DNA of 64,000 bases from Desulfatiglandales bacterium (GCA_963666345.1 OY762721.1:3264001-3328000), one strand, 5' to 3'; counted from the stretch's first letter, positions 1-10,875 are shown. The notes: generated from the letters alone by a model not told the origin. Numbers and translations: made by a program.

Positions 1-32
1 AAGTAACCGGTTTTTTCTCGGATCCCGACGAA

Positions 33-992
33 ATGTTAAATTATTTCTTTCTGATAATTGGATTTTCCTTTCTGATCAAGGGTGCCGATTTTCTGGTTGA
101 AGGGGCATCATCCCTTGCCAGGCGGTTCAATGTTTCCGACCTGGTCATAGGCCTGACTATAGTGGCCTTCGGGACTTCAACGCCTGAACTTTTTGTGAAC
201 ATCCTCGCAAGCTCCAAGGGCAGTACGGATATTGCCATAGGTAATGTCATAGGAAGTAATATAGCAAATATTCTTCTTATCCTGGGCATATCTTCGTTTA
301 TATATCCTTTGACCGTGACAAAGGGAACGGTGTGGAAAGAGATCCCTTTAAGTCTTCTGGCCGCCATTGTCCTGGGTTTTGTGGCAAATGACCGGATAAT
401 AGACGGAAGAGACCCCTCGGCCGTTACGAGGATAGATGGCCTGATCCTTCTCTCTTTTTTCTTAATATTCCTCTATTATTCGGCAAGTATTGCAAAGAAG
501 ATAGAAGGTATGGAGGAACATGTCACTGTTAAAGTCCAGGGGTTAAAAAAGGCGTTTCTTTTTATCACAATCGGTCTAACCGGACTGACCCTGGGGGGGA
601 AGTGGATCGTTGACGGCGCGGTTCATTTGGCCACCAATCTGGGAATGAGCGAGTCCATGGTGGGGCTTACGATCGTGGCACTTGGTACCAGCCTGCCGGA
701 ATTGGCAACATCAGCCACGGCTGCATATAGGAAGAATATTGAAATCGCTGTTGGAAATGTCGTGGGTTCTAATATCTTCAATATCCTTTTCGTGCTCGGC
801 ATAAGTTCAACGATAAAACCTCTTCCATTCAAGACAAAAAACAATGTAGACATCGGTATGGTCATTCTGGCCAGCCTGCTCCTTTTTTTGACTATGTTTA
901 CAGGAAAAAGAAGGCAGTTGGAGAGATGGGAAGGGTCTTTTTTTATTATTATCTATGCTGCCTATATTATCTTCCTTATTGTTCAGGGCTAG
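33..992 (+). CDS. yrbG: Calcium/sodium antiporter (YrbG/CaCA family)
   Basis: Two alpha repeats (GTSTPE...GNVIGSNIAN; GTSLPE...GNVVGSNIFN); about 10 TM segments. Confidence 0.9.
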   Translation: MLNYFFLIIGFSFLIKGADFLVEGASSLARRFNVSDLVIGLTIVAFGTSTPELFVNILASSKGSTDIAIGNVIGSNIANILLILGISSFIYPLTVTKGTVWKEIPLSLLAAIVLGFVANDRIIDGRDPSAVTRIDGLILLSFFLIFLYYSASIAKKIEGMEEHVTVKVQGLKKAFLFITIGLTGLTLGGKWIVDGAVHLATNLGMSESMVGLTIVALGTSLPELATSATAAYRKNIEIAVGNVVGSNIFNILFVLGISSTIKPLPFKTKNNVDIGMVILASLLLFLTMFTGKRRQLERWEGSFFIIIYAAYIIFLIVQG

Positions 993-1074
993 GAGACTGA
1001 ATGGCCCGATTACCCGATTGAAACAGGGGGTATAGTTTTATGAGTTCTATTATAAGACTCGGGGGTATTTTGTA

Positions 1075-1707
1075 ATGAAGAGGTTAAACAGGACATTCCT
1101 GACAGGCCTGGCTGCTATTCTGCCGGTTACGGCAACAATCTATGTCCTTTACCGGCTTGTACTTACAGCAGAGACTTTTCTTGGAAAGGGTCTTCGATTA
1201 CTTCTTCCGGCGCATTTTTATTTGCCCGGCATGGGGGTTCTGGCAGGGCTTATAATAGTATTTTTTACAGGATTGCTGCTTCACGCCTGGATGGTGCGGA
1301 CACTTTTTGAATGGGGAGAAGGACTGCTCTACAAAATCCCATTCGTCAAATCGGTCTATGGTGCCTTCCGGGATTTTCTTAAATTTGTTTCCGAATCGGG
1401 AGAAAGCTCAGGCAGGGGAAGCCAAGTGGTTATGATTAAAATTGGAAATTCTGAAATGGAGATGATGGGGCTCGTCACACGCCGCGATTTTACAGGTCTC
1501 CCCGCCGGGATAGGGTCAGGAGAGCACGTTGCGGTCTATTTGCCGATGAGTTACCAATTGGGAGGTCATACGGTTATTCTGCCGAAGTCCTGCCTGCGTC
1601 CTGTTGAGGTTTCTCCGGAAGAGGCAATGCGATTTATACTTACGGCAGGGATGATGGCCAGGCCTCACAGTCCAAAAGAGAATGCCTCGAAAATAATGAG
1701 AATATAA
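1075..1707 (+). CDS. DUF502 family membrane protein
   Basis: FLTGLAAILP N-terminus, KIPFVKSVY, VAVYLPMSYQLGG, EEAMRFILTAG. Confidence 0.8.
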   Translation: MKRLNRTFLTGLAAILPVTATIYVLYRLVLTAETFLGKGLRLLLPAHFYLPGMGVLAGLIIVFFTGLLLHAWMVRTLFEWGEGLLYKIPFVKSVYGAFRDFLKFVSESGESSGRGSQVVMIKIGNSEMEMMGLVTRRDFTGLPAGIGSGEHVAVYLPMSYQLGGHTVILPKSCLRPVEVSPEEAMRFILTAGMMARPHSPKENASKIMRI

Positions 1708-1847
1708 ATTTAGAATGTGTTTTTGTCATGTTGCATGTAAAAATGGATTAAGTATCTGCAAGCGGCTGTGAAAATGTCGGTGGTGTTTTTCCGCCTGCCG
1801 TCAATGTCCTTAGAAGGTGCATATGGTTTCTGTAAGGTCACTCTCAA

Positions 1848-4800
1848 TCAGTAATCCCATTTCCAGTTTAGCCCGATACCGCCCTGTCCATTTTTCCCCA
1901 TGTCGGTCTCGACGGCAATATGGGGGGTTAGTTCTATCTCAACAGAGACTTTGCCCGTATCGGGACCCATGCCTTGTTCAACCTCCAAATATACATTATC
2001 CCTTATGTATTTCCCTGCGCTGACCGAAGGCTCACCGCTTTTATCATCCGATTGTTTTATGTTCAATTCATCCACACCTATAAGACTTCGAGTTCGATCC
2101 ATGAAACTAAACATACCACCTCCGCCCCTTAATGAATCTATTGCTTGCGCCAGCCTGAAGGCCTGAAGAGGGGTTATGTCGGTTGCACTCCGGCCGAAAA
2201 GAAGGTGGGCCATAATTTCATCCGGAGGCATCGGCGGGTCAGACTCCATATCCATTTTGAATGTTGAAAGGTCTCCAGATACGAGGATGCGGTAAGTTAT
2301 GTCAGAACTTTTGTGTTCAGCTATCGCGTCGAATTTAGTAGATGCGGGTGTGCCGCTATTCAAGTTGACTGATCCATTAGTAAGGGAAAAGGATTTTCCA
2401 AAAAAATTATAACGTCCGCGGATGACTGATAGCGAACCTGTAACAGCAGGTTGCTGTTCACTTCCTTTGATGCCGACTTTTCCCTTCCATTCCGAATCAA
2501 GACCTCGACCTCTGACAAAAACCTTTCCCGGAATTTCTAATAATATGTCGAGGTTTAACCTGCCTTTAGTCTTCAATGGCGGACTTCTTTTGGGCGGAGA
2601 TTTCTGAACTGGCATATTGATCTCTTTAATATTCAGGTCCCTTGCATCAGGAGGAAGGCTCTCGGGTATGCGAAGTGCGGCAGGTCCCAGAGTGAGAGAG
2701 CCCGAGACATCCATCCGCTCCATTGAACCGGATAGATCCAGTTTGCCACTTGTTGTAACCGTCAAATCATCCCTGCGAACAAGAGAGGCGTTATCCATTA
2801 GAAGTTCCAACTGGAAGGGCAAAAGCTTCTTTGGAAGCAAATTGATTGACCCTTTGGCAACAATCGTGCCCTTCTCCCCATCCGTTGCCCGGGCCTTTTC
2901 CAGAATGAGCTTGTCTTCGATCAAGCCGGCAACTATCTGTATGTCCTTTATTAGGGTTCCACTCCTGACATTTTCATATATCCCGTCGGAGAGTAAGACA
3001 TGGCCATTGAGTGAAGGTTTTTCCATGGTGCCATCAATGGCAAGATCAATCACCAGATTTCCTTTCAGTGTGTGATCTTCCAGATAAAAGAAGGAGGATA
3101 AATGCTCGAGTTCCATTTCAGCGAGAATTCGACCTTTTAATCCATCTTCTGATCTGAGAGAAAATACAAAGGGCAAAAAGGATAAGTCGACAGGTAGATT
3201 AAGGCCGGCCTTTAAAGGTTTATCCGCAAGATTTGCAAGGGTTAGATCTGCTTTAAGATCATGGTTTTTAAGGGTTATATGGGCTAAGAGATTTGCCGGA
3301 GGGAATTCTTCAGAGAGGGTGCCCTTGAATTTGAGTTTTTCAAGTTGAATATCCATGTCCGCTTTTGGACTTGTAATTAGGCCTTCTATGTGAAGCCGGG
3401 CCGTTGCCGTACCGGACACCTCTGGATACCCAAAGGCTTTCAGGAAAGAAAGAGACAGTGTATCGAGTCGGGCATCAAACGTCATTGTTTCAGATTCCAA
3501 TCTGCCGAATGCCTCAAGATGTCCATCATCCAATAGGAAATCAGCCCTTTCAAGGATGTAGTTCTCGGATATTTTCCGAATGACAACAGGCTCTCGCGCG
3601 GAAATCGTGAATTCCCCGAAATTGCCTTTCAACTGAGTCAGCCGGAGGTCATTGCTTCCGGGCATTAATCCGATAGAACCCGTGGTATCAAACTGAAATT
3701 CCTCCTTATAATACCCTTGGGCATGGGCTTTGAATGCCGCTTTTTCTTTTTGACCCTCGGCCTTCAAAATCATGTGACCGATTTGAAGCGCTTCCTTTTT
3801 GAAAGAATTTATCTCAACTTCAGCATTACCCTCAGGTGCCTGAAGAACATTTTTCAGGCTTAAACTTAATGTCAGTGCTTCAACGGCTCCGTATCCGGTA
3901 TCCAATCCCTTTCCTTGCAAATCAAGTGCTACATCCTGTCTTCCTCCGGCATCTGATAGAACGATATCAAATCGGGCATTTCCTTCAACCTTTTTGCCGA
4001 AAAGGGCAGAAAAGGATGCGAGATCAATGCAGCTGCCGCGTAATGCACCTTTTGAAGTATGTCGTTTAAGATCGATTTCGAGATCTCCTGTCATCTCAGT
4101 ACCAAGGGAGCTTGCTGAAAGGTCATTGAATGACAATCGGGGACTGATGAATGTGAAATTTGAAGCCGCCTTAAGAGAATGCCCTGGGCCCTGGATATGG
4201 ATCTCTAATTCACCTTCAGGTTCGTGGAACAAGTTTCTAGCCATTAAGGATAACTTGGCTTTGGAAACATTTATATGCTTTATGCGCAGATGGCTCAAAT
4301 CTGCCTGGGCGGTTATCTTGGGGTTTTTCAAGACTCCTCCCACATCTACTTCCATTTCAAATGCGCCATTGATGGGTCTTCCTAAGGTTTTTGAAAAGGC
4401 TGCCAACCTGGGAATGCGAATTAGTCCATGAGCCAAGATATCCCCGGCTGGAATATCAAGAGAAGCATCGGTTTCTATTTCTCCCACAACAGAGCTGATC
4501 GCCAGATCCGTTACTGTAAGGTGTCTGCCTTGCTCAAGTCTCATATGGCAGGCATACTTCAGATCCTCTTCCAACACAGGAGCAAGCGATTCCGGCAGCG
4601 GCTCAACTACGGCAATTTGACCCTTTATATCCGCTGAAAGACTCCGTGACTGGAGATTACCATTAAGATGGGCGTTCATTATCGCTTTGCCATGGACCTT
4701 TGTCCCGATGATATTTGATAGATTAGATAGGTCGTGTATCACCATTGAGGCATCTCCCTCAATGAAGGAACTTCTGGAATTCAATTGACCCGAGAAATGT

Positions 4801-6230
4801 GCAACAAAATCTTTGCCAAAAACTTTTAACTCATTGACATTAATTGGGCCTCCCTTTTGGGCCTCCGCGGACAGGAAAAAATGGCATTCATCCGCCGGTA
4901 TCAGCGCTCCTCGGGTCTTGTGTGCAAGACCTTTTACGTGGCCCTTTATTTGACCTGAAAGGCCTTGGTAGTTTGAAGCAGACATCAAGGTGGGAGTTAA
5001 TCGGGCATTAAGGAAGAGATTTGAGGCATGAATTTTACCCACTCCCGGTTCCTTCAGCGTGACTGAAAGGGTCGCTCTTGGTTGTTTAAAGGTCCCCTCA
5101 AGCCGGCCCTGAAGATCCAGCATTCCCTGAATCCTTTGATTAACGAGCCCTTTGAAGCGGGAGAGGTTATCAATTTGCAGGTTGAAATCGCTTTGTATAT
5201 GTCTTTTTTCTAATTCGATTCGACCTGCGAGGTTTAAAGTGATTCCGTTATTCTTAAGAAAGACACGTTGTATCTCTATGTTATGTCCAGCGTGAATCCG
5301 GCTGTTGAAATGGAAAAGGGTCTTCTGACTCATGTTAAATGCTTGAATATCTTTTTCAAAAAGCCTTTGAGATAACATGACATGGCCATTCCCCTTTAAA
5401 CGCAAGACGTCATTAATCATTACCTCCAGTGCGGTATCAATGGACCCCAGCCTATCCGCCTCAGCTTTCAGATGCCCTTTCCAGAAGCTGATGGGGCCTT
5501 TACCCTTTAATGAGATGGTAACAGGCCCGGTGTCTTTAACTCCCATAAGATTCGTTAAGAGACCATCTTTTTCCTCTTTAGCCCCTAGATCAAATTCAAT
5601 CTCCGGGATTGTTCCGCCTGCCAGGGACCAATCAATATAATAGAAGGCATTCGTGCCGTCTTTCCGGTCGATGTGCAGCGAACCTTTAAGCGTTTTTTCA
5701 TGATCCCCAGCGGTCGTTTGCCCTTTCATGGTGAAAATTGCCTTAGACCCCAGTATGGACTCTCCTAAATAAATACTTTCCAAGTTAAGCCGATGGATGT
5801 GTAAAGGTGGTATCGAATCTGATAATGTCATCTTTCCCGGTTTTCGTTTCTTTTTCCCGCCACGGGCAGTTGGGAGATGTTTTAAGTGAACAGCGGTTGC
5901 GCTTAGTTCATCGACATATATCCTTCCTTTTATCAGGTGATTGGGAGACCAGCTAATAAAGATGTTTTTCACCACCAGCCACTGGGAGCCGCGGTCGCTG
6001 ATGGTAAATTCATCCAATCGGATATTGAAGGGAATGATTCCGGTGATTTTGCCGATTTTGACCTGAAAGGAAGGATCTTTACCCAATTGTTGTGAGATCC
6101 ACTGAGCTAGAAAGTTTTTGCCCAACTCTGTCTGGGCCAGTCCCCAAATTGTCCCTGTTAGAATAAGCAGGATGGAAATGATCAAGACCAACCATTTGCA
6201 TATTTTTTTCAAATGTGTCCTGTAATCCAT
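1848..6230 (-). CDS. tamB: Translocation and assembly module TamB (DUF490)
   Basis: 1460 aa, N-terminal TM anchor, FVRGRGLDSEW motif, C-terminal LNWKWDY; directly downstream of tamA. Confidence 0.9.
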   Translation of the reverse strand: MDYRTHLKKICKWLVLIISILLILTGTIWGLAQTELGKNFLAQWISQQLGKDPSFQVKIGKITGIIPFNIRLDEFTISDRGSQWLVVKNIFISWSPNHLIKGRIYVDELSATAVHLKHLPTARGGKKKRKPGKMTLSDSIPPLHIHRLNLESIYLGESILGSKAIFTMKGQTTAGDHEKTLKGSLHIDRKDGTNAFYYIDWSLAGGTIPEIEFDLGAKEEKDGLLTNLMGVKDTGPVTISLKGKGPISFWKGHLKAEADRLGSIDTALEVMINDVLRLKGNGHVMLSQRLFEKDIQAFNMSQKTLFHFNSRIHAGHNIEIQRVFLKNNGITLNLAGRIELEKRHIQSDFNLQIDNLSRFKGLVNQRIQGMLDLQGRLEGTFKQPRATLSVTLKEPGVGKIHASNLFLNARLTPTLMSASNYQGLSGQIKGHVKGLAHKTRGALIPADECHFFLSAEAQKGGPINVNELKVFGKDFVAHFSGQLNSRSSFIEGDASMVIHDLSNLSNIIGTKVHGKAIMNAHLNGNLQSRSLSADIKGQIAVVEPLPESLAPVLEEDLKYACHMRLEQGRHLTVTDLAISSVVGEIETDASLDIPAGDILAHGLIRIPRLAAFSKTLGRPINGAFEMEVDVGGVLKNPKITAQADLSHLRIKHINVSKAKLSLMARNLFHEPEGELEIHIQGPGHSLKAASNFTFISPRLSFNDLSASSLGTEMTGDLEIDLKRHTSKGALRGSCIDLASFSALFGKKVEGNARFDIVLSDAGGRQDVALDLQGKGLDTGYGAVEALTLSLSLKNVLQAPEGNAEVEINSFKKEALQIGHMILKAEGQKEKAAFKAHAQGYYKEEFQFDTTGSIGLMPGSNDLRLTQLKGNFGEFTISAREPVVIRKISENYILERADFLLDDGHLEAFGRLESETMTFDARLDTLSLSFLKAFGYPEVSGTATARLHIEGLITSPKADMDIQLEKLKFKGTLSEEFPPANLLAHITLKNHDLKADLTLANLADKPLKAGLNLPVDLSFLPFVFSLRSEDGLKGRILAEMELEHLSSFFYLEDHTLKGNLVIDLAIDGTMEKPSLNGHVLLSDGIYENVRSGTLIKDIQIVAGLIEDKLILEKARATDGEKGTIVAKGSINLLPKKLLPFQLELLMDNASLVRRDDLTVTTSGKLDLSGSMERMDVSGSLTLGPAALRIPESLPPDARDLNIKEINMPVQKSPPKRSPPLKTKGRLNLDILLEIPGKVFVRGRGLDSEWKGKVGIKGSEQQPAVTGSLSVIRGRYNFFGKSFSLTNGSVNLNSGTPASTKFDAIAEHKSSDITYRILVSGDLSTFKMDMESDPPMPPDEIMAHLLFGRSATDITPLQAFRLAQAIDSLRGGGGMFSFMDRTRSLIGVDELNIKQSDDKSGEPSVSAGKYIRDNVYLEVEQGMGPDTGKVSVEIELTPHIAVETDMGKNGQGGIGLNWKWDY

Positions 6231-6234
6231 ATCT

Positions 6235-8087
6235 CTAAAAGGCCTGTCCTATGCTCACATAGATCTGGAAAGGATCATCGATGTCTGTTCTTCGGTTTAT
6301 CGGAATGCCAACATCAAGACGGAGAGGACCTATGGCGGTAAAGTAACGAAAGCCTATCCCTCCGCCCCACAGCAGGGTTTCATCAAAATCAGGAAAGGCC
6401 GCCTCAAAAGCACTCCCTCCGTCAATGAAAGTTACCATGCCGATTTTTTCGGTGATCTTTACCCTCAGTTCCGTACTCATTGTTATGAGTGATCTCCCAC
6501 CTATTGGTTCGTTATTGCGGATCGGACCAACGGATTGAAAGGCGTAACCACGTATAGAGCCTCCGCCACCCGCATAGAATCTTATATCGGCAGGTACCTC
6601 ATCCCTCTCGCATCCGCCTGTGGTCCCCAGTGCCCCCCTTAAAGCTAAAATGATAGACGGAGATCTCGAGATGTCGATGTACCGGCTGTACTGGGCATAA
6701 CCTTTATAGAAAAACAGGTCGTTTCCATAGAAATCGTAGAAAGGGGCTATCTGCAGGACCATACGACCACCCCTTGCTGGATCAAGAAGCTGATCACTCG
6801 TATCCCACTGAAAATGAACGGGAAAAGAAATCAGGTCAAAGCGCTCCTCCTGGCCGAACTGTTCAATTTTCGACAGCCTTAAGCCTGGTCCGGCACTAAG
6901 ATGCATACGGTTGGCAAAGTTGCGTTCGATTTGCGCTATTCCTGTGATATTACGACTCTTAAATGCATCCGGACTGTCTTCAGCAAGACGGATATTCAAA
7001 AGAAGCGCTTGGTCGGGTCGCAAGAAGTCAGGTCTACGAAACATCCCCTCAGTGGCAAGAGTAATCCCGGATGCCGATCCTGATAGTTTGAGGCGTTCGC
7101 CTCGATCCAAGATATTTCGATGCTCCCAAGACAGGTTGACCCCCGGTCCTTCATCAGTCTGGTAGCTGGCACCTCCTTTGATGGTTCGATGTTTACGCTC
7201 CTTTAATTTCACCTTAATGGGAACCTGCCCTGTTTCATCAATAACCGCTCCTTCTTTCGCATTTACGGATGCGAAAAGGCCTGTTTTCATCAACCTTTCT
7301 TCAAGCATCCTTAAAAGACCGCCATTGAATCGGTCGCCTTTCTTCCAGGGGAGCTTGCTGCGTATATATGATTCGATTACAGACTCAAGTCCTATGAAGT
7401 CCGTGTAGCCGAATTGAGCCTCTACCCCCGGCTGAACGGCAAAAGACACACTTAGTGAGCTTTTTTTATGATCTACTATTGCCTTCGGGTCATCTACTTT
7501 AGGAAATGGAAAACCTTTCCTTCGATACCAACCGGCAATCGCGATCTTGGCTTCCAGGATGGGTTTGCTTTTTGCAGGCTTGTTTAAGGTTAAGCCAATA
7601 TCAAAAATATCCGGGGCATTAATGATTTTTGCCTTGTCATCCCGAATAATCTGAATGTCTACGGATTCCAAAATGTAGGGAGGGCCTTGATTTATACTGA
7701 TTGTAACCTTTACCGGCCGAACATCTGGATCTATCTTGGAGGTTATTTGTGCGCCATAAAATCCCTGTGACCTGAGTACTTTCCGGAGGGTAGGGATATC
7801 CTGATTGACGCGCCTATGTAAAAGATTCATGGAAAGCGGTGGGGGGTCTCGAAGAGATACTGTCTTTGATACAGTCTCAAGGAGGCCCAGAAGCGTTCGA
7901 TCCGATACCCCTTCAATGGATACAGTATAGGAGGGCCTTTGATTTGCCAGAAGTTCGTTAGGTATTAAGGAGCCTGGAAGGATAAAAAAACCTATGGCAG
8001 ATGCTGTAGTAAAAAAAAAGAGGGGAACGATACGTTGAGTCTCTCTTTAATTAGAATGGATAACCTTAATGGTATCATTAATTTCAT
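6235..8087 (-). CDS. tamA: Autotransporter assembly factor TamA (Omp85). Open frame 6235-8046; probable ATG at 8087 is out of frame across a T9 tract
   Basis: POTRA domains, RFYAGGGGSIRGY motif, C-terminal SIGQAF; frame stays open upstream of the called ATG (7830) with TamA-like sequence. Confidence 0.85.
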
Positions 8088-8099
8088 AACGCCCTTATT

Positions 8100-8396
8100 T
8101 TATTCAACAGGATCTTCTTCTGGCAGCTTTTCCTGAACCAAGTCATTCCTTTTCAATCTGTCTATCTCTTTTTTTAAACCCCTTATCTTCAGGTATTTGC
8201 TCGCCAGTTTGGGCAGGGTGTGGATTCCAACAATGGCTGCACCGATCAAGGCTGAATAAAACATCAGGGCAGCGAGCGATAGCTGAAATTTCCAGGCAAA
8301 ATATTTTAGATCCAGCGATATATTGTTCTGTATACTGGCAACGATTATTCCTAAAATCAACAGAAACGTAACTATCAATGAGAAATACATTTCCAT
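8100..8396 (-). CDS. LapA/DUF1049-like small membrane protein
   Basis: Two TM helices with QN motif followed by a basic coiled-coil tail; GGAG RBS. Confidence 0.7.
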   Translation of the reverse strand: MEMYFSLIVTFLLILGIIVASIQNNISLDLKYFAWKFQLSLAALMFYSALIGAAIVGIHTLPKLASKYLKIRGLKKEIDRLKRNDLVQEKLPEEDPVE

Positions 8397-8444
8397 TCTC
8401 CTTTTGGTCTTCTTATGAGAGCCGGTATGAAAATGCGATAGCAG

Positions 8445-8477
8445 GGTGAGACGGGGGTATATGACCCCCTTCTCACC
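8445..8477 (-). terminator. Hairpin downstream of 8502-9185
   Basis: ggtgagacgggggt / acccccttctcacc imperfect inverted repeat. Confidence 0.5.
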
Positions 8478-8501
8478 ATAAAAATCAAAAGAGGCTGTAC
8501 T

Positions 8502-9185
8502 CTATTTTTGCTTAGAGGTTTTCTTTTCCTCCAGGCATTTCTTTAAGTAATTTCCAGCCACTTCTTTGCCACCCAGTCCGAAGGCAAGGCCAAAGGCCAA
8601 AGCCATGGCTCCAAAAGCAAGACCAAAAGCTAACGAGACAATCTCCGCACCAATACCCAACTGTATGAGGGCAATAGAACCTGAAAACACAACAATGGCA
8701 TAAAGGGCTATCTTACCCAAACCCTCAGCATTAGCCACACCTGCATTGGAGGCTGTTGTCCTGACGACAGCAGAAAGAAGATTTCCAAATAAAATCCCCA
8801 GGATCAATACAATAATTGCTGCAACTACGTTTGGTATATAAAGGAATATATCGTTGAGGATATCCGAGACAATGGGTAGTCCGAGGGCGTCCAACGAAGC
8901 GATGAGGACCAGGATCATTATAAACCAGTATGCAAGAGAGCCGATAATCTCAGATGGTGTTCTAATAATGTTCCCTTTATTTAGAAACCCTTTCACCCCG
9001 GTTTTATCTGCCGCACTGTCAAAGTGGGCAAGTCTCAGGAGTTTTACGATACCCATCTTGAACAGCTTGGCAATAATAAGTCCTGCAACGAAGATGATAA
9101 TCGCTCCGATGAGCTCCGGAAGGAAAATGGTAATTTTGGTGGCAAAGGCATCCCATGCTCCCTTTACAACAGCTGTAATCTCCAT
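8502..9185 (-). CDS. TM-helix repeat protein (CmpX / MscS-associated family)
   Basis: FLPELIGAIII and YIPNVVAAIIVL repeats, LAFGLAFGLGGKE; strong AGGAGG RBS. Confidence 0.8.
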   Translation of the reverse strand: MEITAVVKGAWDAFATKITIFLPELIGAIIIFVAGLIIAKLFKMGIVKLLRLAHFDSAADKTGVKGFLNKGNIIRTPSEIIGSLAYWFIMILVLIASLDALGLPIVSDILNDIFLYIPNVVAAIIVLILGILFGNLLSAVVRTTASNAGVANAEGLGKIALYAIVVFSGSIALIQLGIGAEIVSLAFGLAFGAMALAFGLAFGLGGKEVAGNYLKKCLEEKKTSKQK

Positions 9186-9218
9186 AGCTTCTCCTCCTTC
9201 TAAACCGTTAATTGATTT

Positions 9219-9395
9219 TTAATTCAGTTGTTTTGTAGTTGTTCTTATCAGGTTAAGGAATCGCAAGCTTGGCGTTCCATCTTTGGAGAATGCTTCGATT
9301 TTGCCTTCGTTAATGTCGCCTGAAAGCGTAAAGCTGTGAGTGAAATTATCATGAAAATGTTTAACTCTATGATATTGTTTGGGACTCTCTTCCTT
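9219..9395 (-). pseudogene. Hsp20/alpha-crystallin C-terminal remnant
   Basis: YHRVKHFHDNFTHSFTLSGDINEGKIEAFSKDG resembles Hsp20 'F.RSF.LP..V....I.A.f.DGVL'; no N-terminal part. Confidence 0.6.
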
Positions 9396-9733
9396 TAAAA
9401 ATAAATCTAATACATTATAATTAAGGCTTAAAGTGCAGTTGTCAAGCCCAATAGGAGACAAAACATGTAAAAGGACAGATTCCAGCCTAGTTTTTTAACA
9501 ATAAAATAGTTTTAAAATGGGATATGCGCTGGATATAACAATATCAGAAAGTTTTGGTTAGAGAGCAGGAAACAACGTTTGAAACATTTGAAGATCACTG
9601 CTCAATGTTTCTGTATATCCCGGTGTCTATGAAGAAAGAAGGATTATCGAATCTTGAAATTATTCACGAACCCTTTCAAAAACCCTGTCAAATCTACCGC
9701 GCTGACCGGCTCTGCCTCTTGCAGTAGGGAAGT

Positions 9734-9910
9734 ATGTCGAACGAAAACAGCGCGGCCAGAAAAGATATTGAAAAGGCCAAGGAGATACTGATGACGAAAA
9801 AGGATCTTCCGGCCGACAAGGGCTTCAGGTGGCTCCAGAAAAAGGGCATGGACACAAGACAGTCGATAAGAAAGATCGCCGAGGCGGTAATCATCTCACA
9901 GGACCTTTAG
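9734..9910 (+). CDS. Stand-alone ANTAR-domain protein (58 aa, absent from ORF track)
   Basis: MSNENSAARKDIEKAKEILMTKKDLPADKGFRWLQKKGMDTRQSIRKIAEAVIISQDL fits the ANTAR pattern. Confidence 0.75.
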   Translation: MSNENSAARKDIEKAKEILMTKKDLPADKGFRWLQKKGMDTRQSIRKIAEAVIISQDL

Positions 9911-9979
9911 CAGGTCCCCATCCCATATAATTTCTAATGCGCTGTGCGGTGCTTTTTTCGCCGGGTTTGCAGATAGTGT

Positions 9980-10019
9980 CAAGGATTCTAGGACTCAAGG
10001 GGCCGAGGGGTCAAGTGAA
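9980..10019. repeat. Degenerate octamer tandem repeat
   Basis: caaggatt-ctaggact-caaggggc-cgaggggt-caagtgaa; same family as 53382-53413. Confidence 0.6.
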
Positions 10020-10158
10020 TGACTGCATCCTCCTCCGGGATAATGGTCTGGAAAAAGACTTTCAGACAGTCCCATGCACATCGGCTCAGTTCGGACAGGA
10101 GTCGCCCGTCATAGAGGAAGGATCTCCTTACAAAGGGGGTTCTTAAAATTCCCTTCGA

Positions 10159-10875
10159 TCACTTGAAATACTTGTTGTGCTGCTCGGCTTTGAGTAGATC
10201 GTAGAATGGCTTGGTGTAGGTGATCTTGAGGTTGTCTTTTTTGGGGATGATTTCACCATTTTTCCCGACTTCATAATTGCCTGAGTGATTGAAGACATAA
10301 CGCAGTGTCAGGTCATTGCGCTCGGTTAGACGTAGGACTTTGAAGCTTGCATTGTCGTAGACCAAAGGTTCGGATCTGGGTGTGGGATAGTAGAGCAGTA
10401 CCATATGGCCCTGATTGTAAAGATGGTCGTCTGTCGCCCCCATGTAAAGCTTGTCCATGCTGACGCCCAGATCAAGCAGTGTGAAGTATTTGGTGATAGC
10501 ATACTCTTCACAATCCCCCAGACCTCGAAGAAGAAACTGCTCCCGCGTCAGCCACTTGTCATCCTCGCCCCACACCAGGCCGTCATGTTCGGAAACATAC
10601 CCGTTGACGTACAGGTTGACCTTGTCCAGCAATTCCTTTTCGGGCGGTTTTTTTGCCCGTAGATCCTTCACAAAGTTTACGTAGTGTAAAACGCGATTAT
10701 AAACGATCCTGCCATATTCCTTTTTGATCGGTTCCAGGCCGTTTTGCAACTGGTAAATGTGAACGGGTGGCGTGTAAATGTGTAAGTCGCTGGCTACGGC
10801 TGGAAGTGTTGTCAGCAAAAAGAAGGGAATGAATATGGTGAGTTTCAATTTATTTGGCCCTGGATGACGTATCAA
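10159..10875 (-). CDS. Transglutaminase-like cysteine peptidase (BTLCP/LapG family)
   Basis: Signal peptide; GDCEEYAITKYFTL, GHMVL, PLVYDN give the Cys-His-Asp triad. Confidence 0.85.
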   Translation of the reverse strand: MIRHPGPNKLKLTIFIPFFLLTTLPAVASDLHIYTPPVHIYQLQNGLEPIKKEYGRIVYNRVLHYVNFVKDLRAKKPPEKELLDKVNLYVNGYVSEHDGLVWGEDDKWLTREQFLLRGLGDCEEYAITKYFTLLDLGVSMDKLYMGATDDHLYNQGHMVLLYYPTPRSEPLVYDNASFKVLRLTERNDLTLRYVFNHSGNYEVGKNGEIIPKKDNLKITYTKPFYDLLKAEQHNKYFK

